Assembly (NCBI GenBank): GCA_038087875.1
Contig: CM075987.1
Coordinates: forward strand, 26,352,001-26,416,000
DNA length: 64,000 nucleotides
Direction: 5' to 3'
Source of the DNA: Malacoraja senta
Taxonomy: Eukaryota
The notes beneath the pieces were generated by a model. The model was not told where the DNA came from. It saw only the letters and a list, made by a program, of their open reading frames with translations, and did not search any database. A program made the translations under genes and the position numbers. Shown here one piece after another: positions 63,715 to 64,000 of the stretch (its first letter is position 1; every line of letters starts with the position of its first letter).

Positions 63715-64000
63715 AGGAGCGGAAAAGGCTGCCAAAAGTTGTAAACACTGCCCAGTCCATCATCGGCTCTGACCTCCCTACCATCGAGGGGATCTATCGC
63801 AGGCGCTGCCTCAAAAAAGGCTGGCAGTATCATCAAAGACCCACACCATCCTGGCCACACACTCATCTCTCCGCTGCCATCGGGTAGAAGGTACAGGAGC
63901 CTGAAATCTGCAACATCCAGGCTCAGGAATAGCTGCTTCCCCACAGCCATCAGGCTATTAAACATAACCTCAAACAAACTATGAACTATAACAGCCTATT
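63715..64000 (+). mobile_element. Rex1/Babar LINE 3' fragment (third family)
   Basis: VNTAQSIIGSDLPTIEGIYRRRCLKK...IIKDPHHPGH...LPSGRRYRSL..TSRLRNSCFPTAIRLLN. Confidence 0.85.

Noticed and set aside
55090..64000. Further upstream BRINP1 exons
   Set aside because: No segment translating to the expected upstream BRINP1 sequence was found by eye; they probably lie beyond the window end.

Overview
Repeat-dense vertebrate genomic DNA, most likely from a cartilaginous fish (skate/ray type, inferred from HE1-like tRNA-derived V-SINEs and their partner CR1-type LINE tails). The only host protein-coding gene is the 3' part of BRINP1 (DBC1/FAM5A) on the minus strand: three coding exons at 54854-55089, 50055-50277 and 41731-42871, all with canonical GT-AG borders. 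The 54854-55089 exon has a 1-bp frameshift in a G-run. Most of the rest is transposon debris: CR1, L2, Rex1/Babar, RTE, L1/Tx1, a possible Vingi fragment, tRNA-SINEs, hAT MITEs and nine PIF/Harbinger-type MITEs. Penelope-like element (PLE) ends are very abundant and carry a minimal hammerhead-ribozyme motif (CTGAAGA-A-stemII-GAAACGTY); they occur singly, in tandem and as fold-back units with their own target-site duplications. Other notable structure includes concentric inverted duplications around the last BRINP1 exon, a ~590-bp palindrome, a ~1-kb octamer satellite continuous with a CR1 tail next to a splice acceptor, and an internal palindrome shared by unrelated Harbinger-type MITE families.
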